A stretch of DNA of 42,578 bases, from the NCBI GenBank assembly GCA_016181105.1, contig JACOZX010000003.1:1-42578 (forward strand). Reading direction: 5' to 3'. The notes beneath the pieces are model-generated. The model did not search any database and was not told the DNA's origin. It saw nothing but the letters and a program-made list of their open reading frames with translations. Origin of the DNA: Candidatus Yanofskybacteria bacterium. GTDB lineage: Bacteria > Patescibacteriota > Minisyncoccia > 2-02-FULL-40-12 > IGHO2-12-FULL-4. The translations under genes and the position numbers were made by a program. Of this stretch, positions 33,669 to 41,468 are shown piece by piece. The first letter of the stretch is position 1; each line of letters opens with the position of its first letter.

Positions 33669-33680
33669 GAAATTCTTTTC

Positions 33681-33782
33681 ATGTTTAGCAAAAAGTTTAT
33701 AAAAATAATCTCAATCGTGGTTGCTGTTCTGGTTATAGTGAGTATGACCATCTTTTTGGTTTTACCGGTTTTTTATTACTAA
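33681..33782 (+). CDS. Possible 33-aa single-TM micropeptide
   Basis: MFSKKFIKIISIVVAVLVIVSMTIFLVLPVFYY. Only this 3' part of the 33507-33782 ORF lies outside the hairpin element. No RBS is seen. Confidence 0.3.
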   Translation: MFSKKFIKIISIVVAVLVIVSMTIFLVLPVFYY

Positions 33783-33783
33783 A

Positions 33784-34158
33784 ATGCAGGGCTTTTTCCA
33801 GTCCAAACTTTTTACAATCCTTCTCTTGGCGGGAGTGTTTTTTTTGTCTATCTCCCTCGTCCGTGTCCGGCCGCAGAAAATAGCGGTTGAGAAACACTTG
33901 GAAAGCCTGGAGGACAAGATAAAAGAAATTGAGCGCTCCAACTCCTCTTTAGCCAAACTCATGGCTTACTTTAAAAGTCCGGCCTATTTGGAGCGTGAGG
34001 CAAAATTAAAACTCAACGTCCGTCGTCCGGACGAAAATGTCGTTTTTATTTTCCAAGATGAAAAAGAGGTCGTAGTTAAAGAGGAAAAAAATATAAGTTT
34101 GCCGGACTTGGAAGGTCTAACTAATTTTGAAAAGTGGATGAGGTATCTGTTTAAATAA
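33784..34158 (+). CDS. Septum formation initiator (FtsB/DivIC-like) protein
   Basis: N-terminal TM, a coiled coil (LESLEDKIKEIERSNSSL), then the ..P.YLEREAKLKLN...P.E.V motif typical of FtsB/DivIC. Confidence 0.6.
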   Translation: MQGFFQSKLFTILLLAGVFFLSISLVRVRPQKIAVEKHLESLEDKIKEIERSNSSLAKLMAYFKSPAYLEREAKLKLNVRRPDENVVFIFQDEKEVVVKEEKNISLPDLEGLTNFEKWMRYLFK

Positions 34159-34241
34159 GTCTCGCCTTTGCGAGTTTTTGCGGGCTTCGCCCGCCGAAGC
34201 TCGTTTCGGCGAGCGAAGGCGGGCGTCGTATAGTGGAAAAA

Positions 34242-36155
34242 TTACTTGTAATTTTTGAGCGAGGTTCGTCCCAAGGGGGCGACCCACTCAAAATAAAAGA
34301 CCCCTAAATGGGGTCCGCCGAGACTGTGGTTATTTATAATTTCCGCAATCTCTTTACTGTTCAAAGTTTCTTTCTGAAGGAGTTCTTTGGCCAATAAAAT
34401 TAAAGTTTCTTTGTTTTCGTTAAGAATTTTTTCGGCTTTTTCTTTACCTTCTCTCAAAATTCTGTCTATTTCTTCATCAACCTGCTCGGCTTTCTTTTGG
34501 CTGGCGTTAACGCCTGTCTGTGTGGCCATAACTTTTCCCAAAAATGGATGCTCTGTGTCTTTGCCGAATGTCCTCAAGCCAAGAAGGTCGCTCATGCCGT
34601 ATTTTGTAGCCATCTCCCAAGCTTTTTCCGTTGCAACCGCAAGATCATTGGAAGCGCCGGTTGTCTCTGTGTTGAGGAATATTTTTTCCGCGCACCGGCC
34701 GGCCATTAAAACGGCAATCTGTCCCTCAAAGTATTGTTTTGAATAGTTATATTTTTCTTCCGAGGGCAGTGTCTGGGTAAGTCCCAGAGCCATGCCACGG
34801 GGAATAATCGTGACTTTGTGCACCGGGTCGCTTTCAGGAGTAAGGCATGCGACCAAAGCATGTCCGGCTTCGTGATAAGCGATAACCTCTTTGTCTTTTT
34901 CGGTCATGACCAAGCCCTTTCTTTCCTTGCCCATCAGGACTTTTTCTTTGGCTCCTTCAAGGTCAGACGGCGTGACACTTTTCCTGTCATACTTGGTGGC
35001 GTTCAGACTGGCTTCATTTATTAGGTTGGCCAGTTGAGCTCCGGAAAAACCCGGTGTTCCTCGAGCGATGATCGAAAGATCCACATCTTCGGCTAAGGGT
35101 ACATTTTGGCTGTGGACTTTCAGTATGGCCTCTCTGCCTCTGACGTCCGGCAAGGGGACAACTACTTCTCGGTCAAATCGGCCCGGTCTTAAAAGCGCCG
35201 GGTCAAGAACATCCGGCCGGTTTGTAGCGGCTATGGTAATTACTCCTTTTTCCGACTCAAAGCCATCCATCTCAACCAACAGTTGATTTAAAGTCTGCTC
35301 CCGTTCGTCGTGGCCTCCACCCAAGCCGGTGCCTCGATGCCGGCCGACGGCGTCAAGTTCATCAATGAATACTATGGAAGGAGCGTGCTTTTTGCCTTGT
35401 TCAAACAGATCCCTTACTCTGGATGCTCCGACACCAACGAACATTTCCACAAAACCTGAACCGCTGATTGAGAAAAACGGCACGCCAGCTTCGCCGGCCA
35501 CGGCCCTGGCTAAAAGTGTCTTACCGGTACCCGGCGCGCCTACTAACAGTACGCCTTTGGGTATATGGCCGCCCAATCTCTGGAATCTTCCCGGATCTTT
35601 AAGGAATTGAATTATCTCCACCAATTCCTCTTTTGCCTCTTCCACGCCGGCGACATCCTGGAAGGTTACTTTTTTGTGTTGATCGGGAGAGAAAAGTTTG
35701 GCCTTGCTTCGCCCGATGGAAAAGGGCCCTTTTGAACCACCACCCGCCCGATTGGCCATAAAAATAAAGAAGGCCGCAAAAAGTAAAAGAGGAAGGAAAG
35801 ATAAAATAACATTCAAGATACTTCCTTGTTCCGGCAGAATTTCAACCTTGACGTTTTGCGCGGCTAAGCTGTCAGCGATCCTGGAGGTTGAAGCCGGTGG
35901 GATATGAGTTTTAAATTCTTTTTCTTCTTTGCTGTCAGAGCTTTTGTATTTACCGCTGGCTTCGCTCTCGTTTTCAATGAGAATTTCTGTAATTTCCCTT
36001 TTCTCAATTTTTTGCTGGAGAACGGTATAGTTAAACTCTTCCGGACTGCCTTTTTTTCCGGTAAACATAGTTAAGATGAAATAGAATATTCCTATGGCCA
36101 AAGTCCAAGCCAAAATATTGCGTAATGCCAGCGGATCTTTCTTAGGGTCTTTCAC
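34242..36155 (-). CDS. ftsH: ATP-dependent zinc metalloprotease FtsH
   Basis: Walker [12 protein letters not shown], Walker [12 protein letters not shown] region, and zinc site HEAGHA. 637 aa with N-terminal TM helices. Confidence 0.96.
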   Translation of the reverse strand: MKDPKKDPLALRNILAWTLAIGIFYFILTMFTGKKGSPEEFNYTVLQQKIEKREITEILIENESEASGKYKSSDSKEEKEFKTHIPPASTSRIADSLAAQNVKVEILPEQGSILNVILSFLPLLLFAAFFIFMANRAGGGSKGPFSIGRSKAKLFSPDQHKKVTFQDVAGVEEAKEELVEIIQFLKDPGRFQRLGGHIPKGVLLVGAPGTGKTLLARAVAGEAGVPFFSISGSGFVEMFVGVGASRVRDLFEQGKKHAPSIVFIDELDAVGRHRGTGLGGGHDEREQTLNQLLVEMDGFESEKGVITIAATNRPDVLDPALLRPGRFDREVVVPLPDVRGREAILKVHSQNVPLAEDVDLSIIARGTPGFSGAQLANLINEASLNATKYDRKSVTPSDLEGAKEKVLMGKERKGLVMTEKDKEVIAYHEAGHALVACLTPESDPVHKVTIIPRGMALGLTQTLPSEEKYNYSKQYFEGQIAVLMAGRCAEKIFLNTETTGASNDLAVATEKAWEMATKYGMSDLLGLRTFGKDTEHPFLGKVMATQTGVNASQKKAEQVDEEIDRILREGKEKAEKILNENKETLILLAKELLQKETLNSKEIAEIINNHSLGGPHLGVFYFEWVAPLGRTSLKNYK

Positions 36156-36227
36156 TGTTTTTCCTTTTTAAAGAACCTACATTTTATTGGCTTACTTTAC
36201 ATTAGTGCATAGCTTAAGTCAAACATC

Positions 36228-36306
36228 AAAAAACAGTGAATATATCTCTTTTTTGTGTCGGACTGTCGCCGCCAACTGCAAAAGAGATATATTCACTGTT
36301 TTTTTT
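36228..36306. repeat. Perfect 25-bp inverted repeat in the divergent ftsH/prfB intergenic region
   Basis: aaaaaacagtgaatatatctctttt (36228-36252) and its exact reverse complement (36280-36304), separated by a GC-rich spacer of about 27 nt (tgtgtcggactgtcgccgccaactgc). Confidence 0.9.
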
Positions 36307-36319
36307 GGTCTCTCGTCAT

Positions 36320-36347
36320 TTGAAATATTTGGCAACTGCGTTACAAT
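36320..36347 (+). promoter_or_regulatory. Sigma70-like promoter of prfB (TTGAAA, 16-nt spacer, TACAAT) only 6 nt from the ATG; candidate leaderless mRNA
   Basis: -35 at 36320-36325, -10 at 36342-36347, prfB ATG at 36354. Confidence 0.5.
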
Positions 36348-36353
36348 TTAAAG

Positions 36354-37401
36354 ATGGCCGAAAAAGACATCAAAATAGAGGATTTAAAAACTGAACTCCG
36401 CCAGCTTGCGGAGCGTCTTTGAGGTTGCTCAAAAGAGAGAAAAAATCAAAGAGATCGAGGTAAAAATGCAGGCTTCGGATTTTTGGAAAGATTATGAATC
36501 GGCCCAAAAGACGACCGGTGAGCTAAGTTTTCTGAAGAGTGAGGTTGAAGAGGTTGAGAAGCTGGAAAAAGACCTTGAAAACCCCGAGCTTTGGCAAGAA
36601 ACGGAAAAAAGACTCAAGTCTTTAAAGCTTAAGACTCTTTTTTCAGGAAAGTACGACAAGAGCAACGCTTTGCTTGAAGTTTTTTCCGGCGCGGGCGGGG
36701 TAGATGCCCAAGATTGGGCGGCTATGCTTTTTAAGATGTATCAGCGTTATGCGGAAAAAAACAATTTTAATTTCAGGATTTTACATCAGTCTTTTGGGGA
36801 ACAAAAAGGTTTAAAGTCGGCTACGGCCGAAATCAAGGGCAGGTTCGCTTACGGCTATTTAAAAGGCGAATCGGGCGTGCATCGTTTGGTCAGGATTTCG
36901 CCGTTTTCAGCCAAAAACTTGAGACATACTTCATTTGCTTTGGTTGATTTTCTGCCTTTGATTGAAGATGTCAGTTTTCAAGTCAGAACCGAAGATTTAA
37001 AAATAGACACATTCAAATCATCCGGTCCCGGCGGGCAGAATGTAAACAAGCTTGAGACAGCTGTCAGGGTGACACACTTGCCAACCGGTTTGTCGGTGGC
37101 GGTGCAATCGGAAAGGTCACAGAGCCAGAACAAGGAGAAGGCTTTACGGGTGTTATACGCCAGATTGGCTCAACTGATGGAAAAAGAAAAGACAGAGGAG
37201 CTTTCAAAATTGAAGTCACAAAAAGAGCCGGGCGGTGTGGAGTGGGGCAGTCAGATCAGATCTTATGTTTTACATCCTTATAAATTGGTAAAAGACCACA
37301 GGACAGGCGCGGAATCTTCCCAGCCGGATAAGGTTTTGGATGGGGAACTGGGGGAATTTATCCAAGCAGAGTTGAATCAGGAATCAGGAATCAGGAATTA
37401 A
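36354..37401 (+). CDS. prfB: Peptide chain release factor 2 (requires a programmed +1 frameshift at 36417-36422)
   Basis: ORF1 is MAEKDIKIEDLKTELRQLAERL-TGA. The +1 frame continues EVAQKREKIKEI... with the SPF (RISPFSAKN) and GGQ (SGPGGQNVNK) motifs. Confidence 0.95.
36410..36423 (+). promoter_or_regulatory. RF2 autoregulatory +1 frameshift site (GGAG cgt CTT TGA g)
   Basis: An SD-like GGAG lies 3 nt upstream of CTT_TGA, the same architecture as the established prfB recoding site. Confidence 0.9.
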
Positions 37402-37463
37402 GAATTAAGTTCTTAAAGATTTTTTATTTTTTCCTTGATTCATAATTCATAATTCATGATTCT
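37374..37463. repeat. Inverted arrays of tandem heptamers (GAATCAG x3, GAATTAA x2 / ...ATTCATA ATTCATA ATTCATG ATTC) around a 28-nt AT-rich spacer
   Basis: Read directly. The left array encodes the last prfB residues and the right array contains the ftsE ATG (37456). Confidence 0.85.
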
Positions 37464-38139
37464 TTTCAGGAAAGTAACAAAAAAATACAATCATGATGTC
37501 TGGGCCCTCCATGGGGTTGATCTTGAGATTAAAGACGGCGAATTTGTCTCTCTGGTCGGGTCTTCAGGGGCAGGAAAATCTACATTAATCAAAATGTTGA
37601 CAAAAGAAGATCAGCCGACTTCCGGACAGGTTTTGCTTGATGGGGTTGATTTGGCTGAAGTGCCGGATAAGGATATACCTTTTTTGAGAAGAAAGATCGG
37701 TACGATTTTTCAGGACTTCAAGCTTCTAGGCAGTAAGACGGCTTTTGAGAATGTCGCCTTTGCCTTGGAAGTTTCCGGTGTTTTGGAAGAAAACATTGCC
37801 CAGGATGTGGAACAGGTTTTGGCGATTGTCGGCCTTTCCGATAAACAAAAAAACTTTCCCAGAGAACTTTCCGGCGGTGAAAAACAAAGACTGGCTTTGG
37901 CCAGAGCTTTGGTGCACAGGCCGAAAATAATTTTGGCCGATGAGCCGACCGGCAATTTGGATTTAGTCAACAGCTATGATGTGGTAAAATTACTTTGGCG
38001 GATAAACGAGCTTGGGACGACGGTGATTCTGGCTACGCACGATGTGCAGATTGTAAATACGGTAGGCAAGAGGGTGGTTACTATGGAAAAGGGGAAGATT
38101 GTCAGGGATCAGCTTGAGGGCGGGAAATATATAATTTAA
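37456..38139 (+). CDS. ftsE: Cell-division ABC ATPase FtsE
   Basis: Walker A GSSGAGKST, signature LSGGEKQR, Walker B ILADEPTGNLD. Followed by ftsX. Confidence 0.9.
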   Translation: MILFRKVTKKYNHDVWALHGVDLEIKDGEFVSLVGSSGAGKSTLIKMLTKEDQPTSGQVLLDGVDLAEVPDKDIPFLRRKIGTIFQDFKLLGSKTAFENVAFALEVSGVLEENIAQDVEQVLAIVGLSDKQKNFPRELSGGEKQRLALARALVHRPKIILADEPTGNLDLVNSYDVVKLLWRINELGTTVILATHDVQIVNTVGKRVVTMEKGKIVRDQLEGGKYII

Positions 38140-38141
38140 AT

Positions 38142-39071
38142 ATGGAGAAACAAAAAGATTATAAAAGTTATTCTTTGGGCAGAATTGTTAAAGCCGGCTG
38201 GACCGGTTTTAAGCGTAACAGTTTTTTGAGTTTCGGCGCGACAGGCGTAATGGCTCTGGCTCTGCTTGTTTTTTCAAGCCTGATTGTTTTTAACTTTTTT
38301 ACCAACCGCCTGATCAGTTTTTTAGATGAAAAGGTTGATGTCAGCGTCTATTTCCAAGGTGAGGCTAAAGAGGACCAGATTTTGAAAGTTAAGTCTGATT
38401 TGGAAAACTTATCAAGCGTAGAAAGGGTTACCTATATTTCCCGTGACCAAGCTCTTGAAGATTTTAAAGCCAGACACAAGGACGATCAGCTAATTCAAGA
38501 CTCTTTGGTGGAATTGGAGTCAAATCCGCTCCAAGCTTCCTTGAACGTGAAAGCCATGGATGCCGGCCAATATGCTTCTATTGCCAATTTTTTGGAACAA
38601 AACAGCCTGAAGACTGTCATTGATAAGATAAGTTTTTACGAAAATGAGGGTGCGATAGAGAGGGTCAGAGGTTTTTCCAGAGGTTTGTACGGTTGGGGAC
38701 TTTTAGCGACAGTCGCTTTGGGCTTGGTGGCGGTCTTAGTAACTTTTAATACAATTCGGCTGACTATTTATAACAAAAAAGAAGAGATTGAGATTATGAA
38801 ATTGGTGGGAGCGTCCAACTGGCATATCCGCGGACCGTTTTTGGTTGAGGGCGGACTCTATGGTCTTTTTGCCGCCGTCTTGGCTCTGGCCATATTTTAT
38901 CCCGGCATTTATTTTCTTTCCGACAAACTTGGCACACTGGCTTCTTCTCTGAATCTTTTTTCATATTTTGTCGGCTACTCTGTTCAAATGGTTGCAGTTA
39001 TTGTCGGTTCTGGTTTGGCGCTGGGTGTTTTGAGCAGTCTCTCGGCCATCAGAAGACACCTCAAAATTTAA
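38142..39071 (+). CDS. ftsX: Cell-division permease-like protein FtsX
   Basis: Four-TM topology with a large first periplasmic loop (..V..V.YISRD.AL..F.....), and KLVGA...I..PF..EG. Confidence 0.88.
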   Translation: MEKQKDYKSYSLGRIVKAGWTGFKRNSFLSFGATGVMALALLVFSSLIVFNFFTNRLISFLDEKVDVSVYFQGEAKEDQILKVKSDLENLSSVERVTYISRDQALEDFKARHKDDQLIQDSLVELESNPLQASLNVKAMDAGQYASIANFLEQNSLKTVIDKISFYENEGAIERVRGFSRGLYGWGLLATVALGLVAVLVTFNTIRLTIYNKKEEIEIMKLVGASNWHIRGPFLVEGGLYGLFAAVLALAIFYPGIYFLSDKLGTLASSLNLFSYFVGYSVQMVAVIVGSGLALGVLSSLSAIRRHLKI

Positions 39072-39078
39072 CTGGCTA

Positions 39079-40022
39079 AACGTTTTCTAATCAATAGCTT
39101 GGAAACACTTCCTCATTAATATTTGGTTTGGCGTCTGCAATTTTAATCCAAAATGCAGACGTTTTTCATTGTAATACGGAATATATTTCTTGATGGCAGA
39201 ATTTAAATCTTTCACTGTCCTCGACACCTTGTCTAAGCATTCTTCCTGGATAGTCCGATTGAATCTTTCTAGATGAGCATTGTCATTAGGTCTCCTGACT
39301 CTTGAGTGTCTGTGTATGGAGCATATATGCTCGCTGAATTTCCTTGAAAACTCTGACCCATGGTCGCTTTGCAATACCTTGAAAGAGAAGAGGGCGATCT
39401 TCTCAGCTTGCCGGACAAAATTTAAAGCGGTTCGTGTGTCAGACTTCCTGTATGCTCTGGCATAAGCCCATCGGGAATAGACATCAAGAAGGGTAAAGAC
39501 GTATACTCTTTGACCTTCCGGAGTTAGGAGATGGATTGTGTCGATTTGCACCAAATCTCCTTGTTTTTCGACATTAGGACGTAGCGTTGGAGCATGATAG
39601 CGTTTCCAAGGCGATCTTTTCTTGAGAAGATTAAATCTGTCTAGGGTTCTTTTGACCGAAGACAGAGATGTCTTAATTCCCTCGTTAATTAATTCTTGGT
39701 ATATTACCTCGGCGCTCCTCTTAATGGTCTGTCTCTTTAAGACAATATTAGCGATCATTTCTTTGGTTAGTTGTTTGGGGTGATTATTGGGTCTTGAAGA
39801 AAGTGTCGGTATTGGCCTGTATCCGTATATTTTAGCCTTCTTAACCCATTTGGTTATTGTTCCCGGACTGACTCCTACATATCTGGCCACCTTTCTTACT
39901 CCCCAGCCCCTTCTTACTAGGTCTGCCGCGTCTCGACGAACACGAGGCAGATATGGATTCTTTGTGTATGACATGCCTTTCATTTTACATAAAGGGTGTT
40001 TCCAAGCTATTGAACCATAACG
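39079..40022 (-). mobile_element. Complete IS481-family-like insertion sequence (about 944 bp) with a 6-bp target-site duplication
   Basis: Imperfect terminal inverted repeats with an identical 18-nt core: tcaatagcttggaaacac (39091-39108) pairs with gtgtttccaagctattga (39996-40013). TGGCTA is present at 39073-39078 and 40023-40028. Confidence 0.8.
39087..39983 (-). CDS. IS481-family transposase (HTH plus rve/DDE integrase core)
   Basis: 298 aa. N-terminal HTH (VRKVARYVGVSPGTITKWV), then LVQIDT....(D)...VYSRWAYA...QSDHGSEF (D)...RPNDNAHLERFNRT.QEE (E), and YYNEKRLH.GL...TP. Confidence 0.88.
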   Translation of the reverse strand: MKGMSYTKNPYLPRVRRDAADLVRRGWGVRKVARYVGVSPGTITKWVKKAKIYGYRPIPTLSSRPNNHPKQLTKEMIANIVLKRQTIKRSAEVIYQELINEGIKTSLSSVKRTLDRFNLLKKRSPWKRYHAPTLRPNVEKQGDLVQIDTIHLLTPEGQRVYVFTLLDVYSRWAYARAYRKSDTRTALNFVRQAEKIALFSFKVLQSDHGSEFSRKFSEHICSIHRHSRVRRPNDNAHLERFNRTIQEECLDKVSRTVKDLNSAIKKYIPYYNEKRLHFGLKLQTPNQILMRKCFQAID

Positions 40023-40086
40023 TGGCTATGGACAGATGGTTTAAGTTGTGATAGTATCTTGAGAAGCAGGAAAGGAGACAAAGGTA

Positions 40087-40269
40087 TTGAAAGTATTGAA
40101 AGTAGCTGACCTTAAAAAGTTTACACCGATTCAGTGGCTGGCAACTTTTGTTGTGGTAGCCGTCTCGGTCATATTTTTGGCAGGATTTTTGAAAATGATT
40201 TTTCTGCCGGTGGCTATCGGTTTAGTTGTTTGGCAGGTTATAAGGCTTCTCTTGGATAAAAAACACTGA
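40087..40269 (+). CDS. Small two-TM membrane protein
   Basis: The TTG start is preceded by aaggag at the right distance. 60 aa. The stop overlaps the CYTH ATG (TGATG). Confidence 0.5.
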   Translation: MKVLKVADLKKFTPIQWLATFVVVAVSVIFLAGFLKMIFLPVAIGLVVWQVIRLLLDKKH

Positions 40270-40781
40270 TGAAAGAAATTGAAAGAAAATTTTTGGTCAA
40301 AAGATTGCCCCTGGGTTACAATTTTTCAAGGTCTAAAATAAGGCAAGGTTACATTGTAATTTCGCCGGACTTAAAAAGTTGCGTAAGGCTTAGAGAAGAA
40401 AGACATTTGCCTGAAAAAGGATTTAAGTTCAGAGCTTTCAAAGAATTTACACAGACTGTCAAGCGAGGCAGTGGCAAGGTCAGGGACGAGTTTGAAATAG
40501 AACTTACTCAAGAGCAATTTACGGCGCTTTGGCCGACAACGGTCGGAAGAAGACTGGAAAAAACAAGAAATTACTTCTACGGTTCGGGTTTTTACGAAGG
40601 GCAATTTTGTCTTCTGGATGTTTTTAATCGAAATCTTAGGGGGCTGATTCTAGTTGAGGTGGAGTTTAACTCTGAAAAGGAAGCCGATGCTTTCGTCCCG
40701 TTTGATTGGTTTGGAAAAGAGGTTACGGAAGATAAGAGATACAGTAATCAAAGCTTAGCCACATACGGTCTGCCGGTCTGA
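40269..40781 (+). CDS. CYTH-domain (triphosphate tunnel metalloenzyme) protein
   Basis: An N-terminal EIERKFLV motif (the ExExK signature of CYTH) plus the later R/K and E.E (FEIEL; LVEVEF) strands. Confidence 0.75.
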   Translation: MKEIERKFLVKRLPLGYNFSRSKIRQGYIVISPDLKSCVRLREERHLPEKGFKFRAFKEFTQTVKRGSGKVRDEFEIELTQEQFTALWPTTVGRRLEKTRNYFYGSGFYEGQFCLLDVFNRNLRGLILVEVEFNSEKEADAFVPFDWFGKEVTEDKRYSNQSLATYGLPV

Positions 40782-40801
40782 CAGACAAGTCTGTTATAGA
40801 T

Positions 40802-40827
40802 AGAGCGTTAACACGCTCTTTTGTTTT
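40802..40827 (+). terminator. Rho-independent terminator after the CYTH gene
   Basis: agagcg ttaaca cgctct followed by tttgtttt. Its 3' half lies inside direct repeat 1. Confidence 0.7.
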
Positions 40828-40847
40828 AAATTATTTTAGTTAAGATG
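40809..40847 (+). repeat. Direct repeat copy 1 (39 nt, identical to 42232-42270)
   Basis: taacacgctcttttgttttaaattattttagttaagatg, checked base by base against copy 2. Confidence 0.95.
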
Positions 40848-40952
40848 AAACTCTTACCCCAATACAACTTCGTCTCTACTGGTGGTGGGGCAATGCTAGT
40901 ATTCCTGGCGGGGGAAGAATTGCCAGGGTTAAAAGCTTTGGAAACAGTCTAA
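40845..40952 (+). pseudogene. pgk: 3'-terminal fragment of a second, diverged phosphoglycerate kinase gene
   Basis: It translates to MKLLPQYNFVSTGGGAMLVFLAGEELPGLKALETV*. This is collinear with the C-terminus of the resident pgk (LDLLGKFSYVSTGGGAMLAFLAGSKLPGLEALGYYD*). No upstream PGK sequence is present. Confidence 0.8.
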
Positions 40953-40994
40953 TTTTGGCTATTTTTCGGGGGTTTTGGCCAGGTAGTACCGACC

Positions 40995-41023
40995 TTGACA
41001 AACTACCATAAAGAGAGTATAAT
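40995..41023 (+). promoter_or_regulatory. Consensus sigma70 promoter (TTGACA, 17-nt spacer, TATAAT)
   Basis: -35 at 40995-41000 and -10 at 41018-41023. Both hexamers match consensus exactly and the spacing is optimal. Confidence 0.65.
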
Positions 41024-41246
41024 TAAAGTATTGAAAAGTGGTTATTCCGGGTTAGTGGGTTAGTCTTTTTCTTTGTTTAACAATCATGGCGATTGATAAG
41101 CAAAGCAGTTGGAATCGCTCTTTTAAAAAAATTTCCACCCCGACGCGAAGGGGACTAATCGGTCGCGAGTAGAGGCAATTACGCTTCTTCGCGGCTAAGG
41201 TAGTTGTAGTAAAAATCAGTCCCGCTAACGGGACAGGGAGAGAAAA

Positions 41247-41468
41247 ATGATAGTAGGAGTAGGAGTGTGGGTAGAAGTAAGAGGAATCGCAACGCATTAT
41301 GATTCCACTAAAAAAATGAATTTACCCGCCCCGGCCAGGGGCCAGCGGGGAGTGGTTGACTCCAACCACCCCAGTGGGATGGTCGGAGTCAGGTTTTCGA
41401 AGTTTGTAGGGTACGGCTATCAGCCGTATTTCTACTACTTCAAAGACAGCGACCTCATTGAGTTGTAG
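41247..41468 (+). CDS. Hypothetical 73-aa protein (island ORF1; possibly a small beta-rich/SH3-like fold)
   Basis: The ATG is preceded by gggagag. GC-richer codon usage than the rest of the window. No family recognised. Confidence 0.5.
   Translation: MIVGVGVWVEVRGIATHYDSTKKMNLPAPARGQRGVVDSNHPSGMVGVRFSKFVGYGYQPYFYYFKDSDLIEL

Noticed and set aside
33507-33680. The N-terminal 58 codons of the 91-aa ORF 33507-33782.
   Set aside because: This part coincides exactly with the 163-nt hairpin element, whose arms are perfect reverse complements. Only the last 33 codons (33681-33782) lie outside it, and they are listed at low confidence.
36354-37401. Alternative genetic code with UGA reassigned, as in some CPR-related lineages. 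This would also 'repair' the first pgk stop.
   Set aside because: An RF2 gene with its UGA-dependent autoregulatory frameshift is present. TGA also terminates rpsG, rplN, tpiA and the CYTH gene at the positions expected from homology.
41052-41297. 81-aa minus-strand ORF in the island leader.
   Set aside because: It has no RBS, is antisense to the transcript predicted from the consensus promoter, and overlaps the ORF1 start. Its composition is dominated by the hairpin sequences. There is not enough support to call it.
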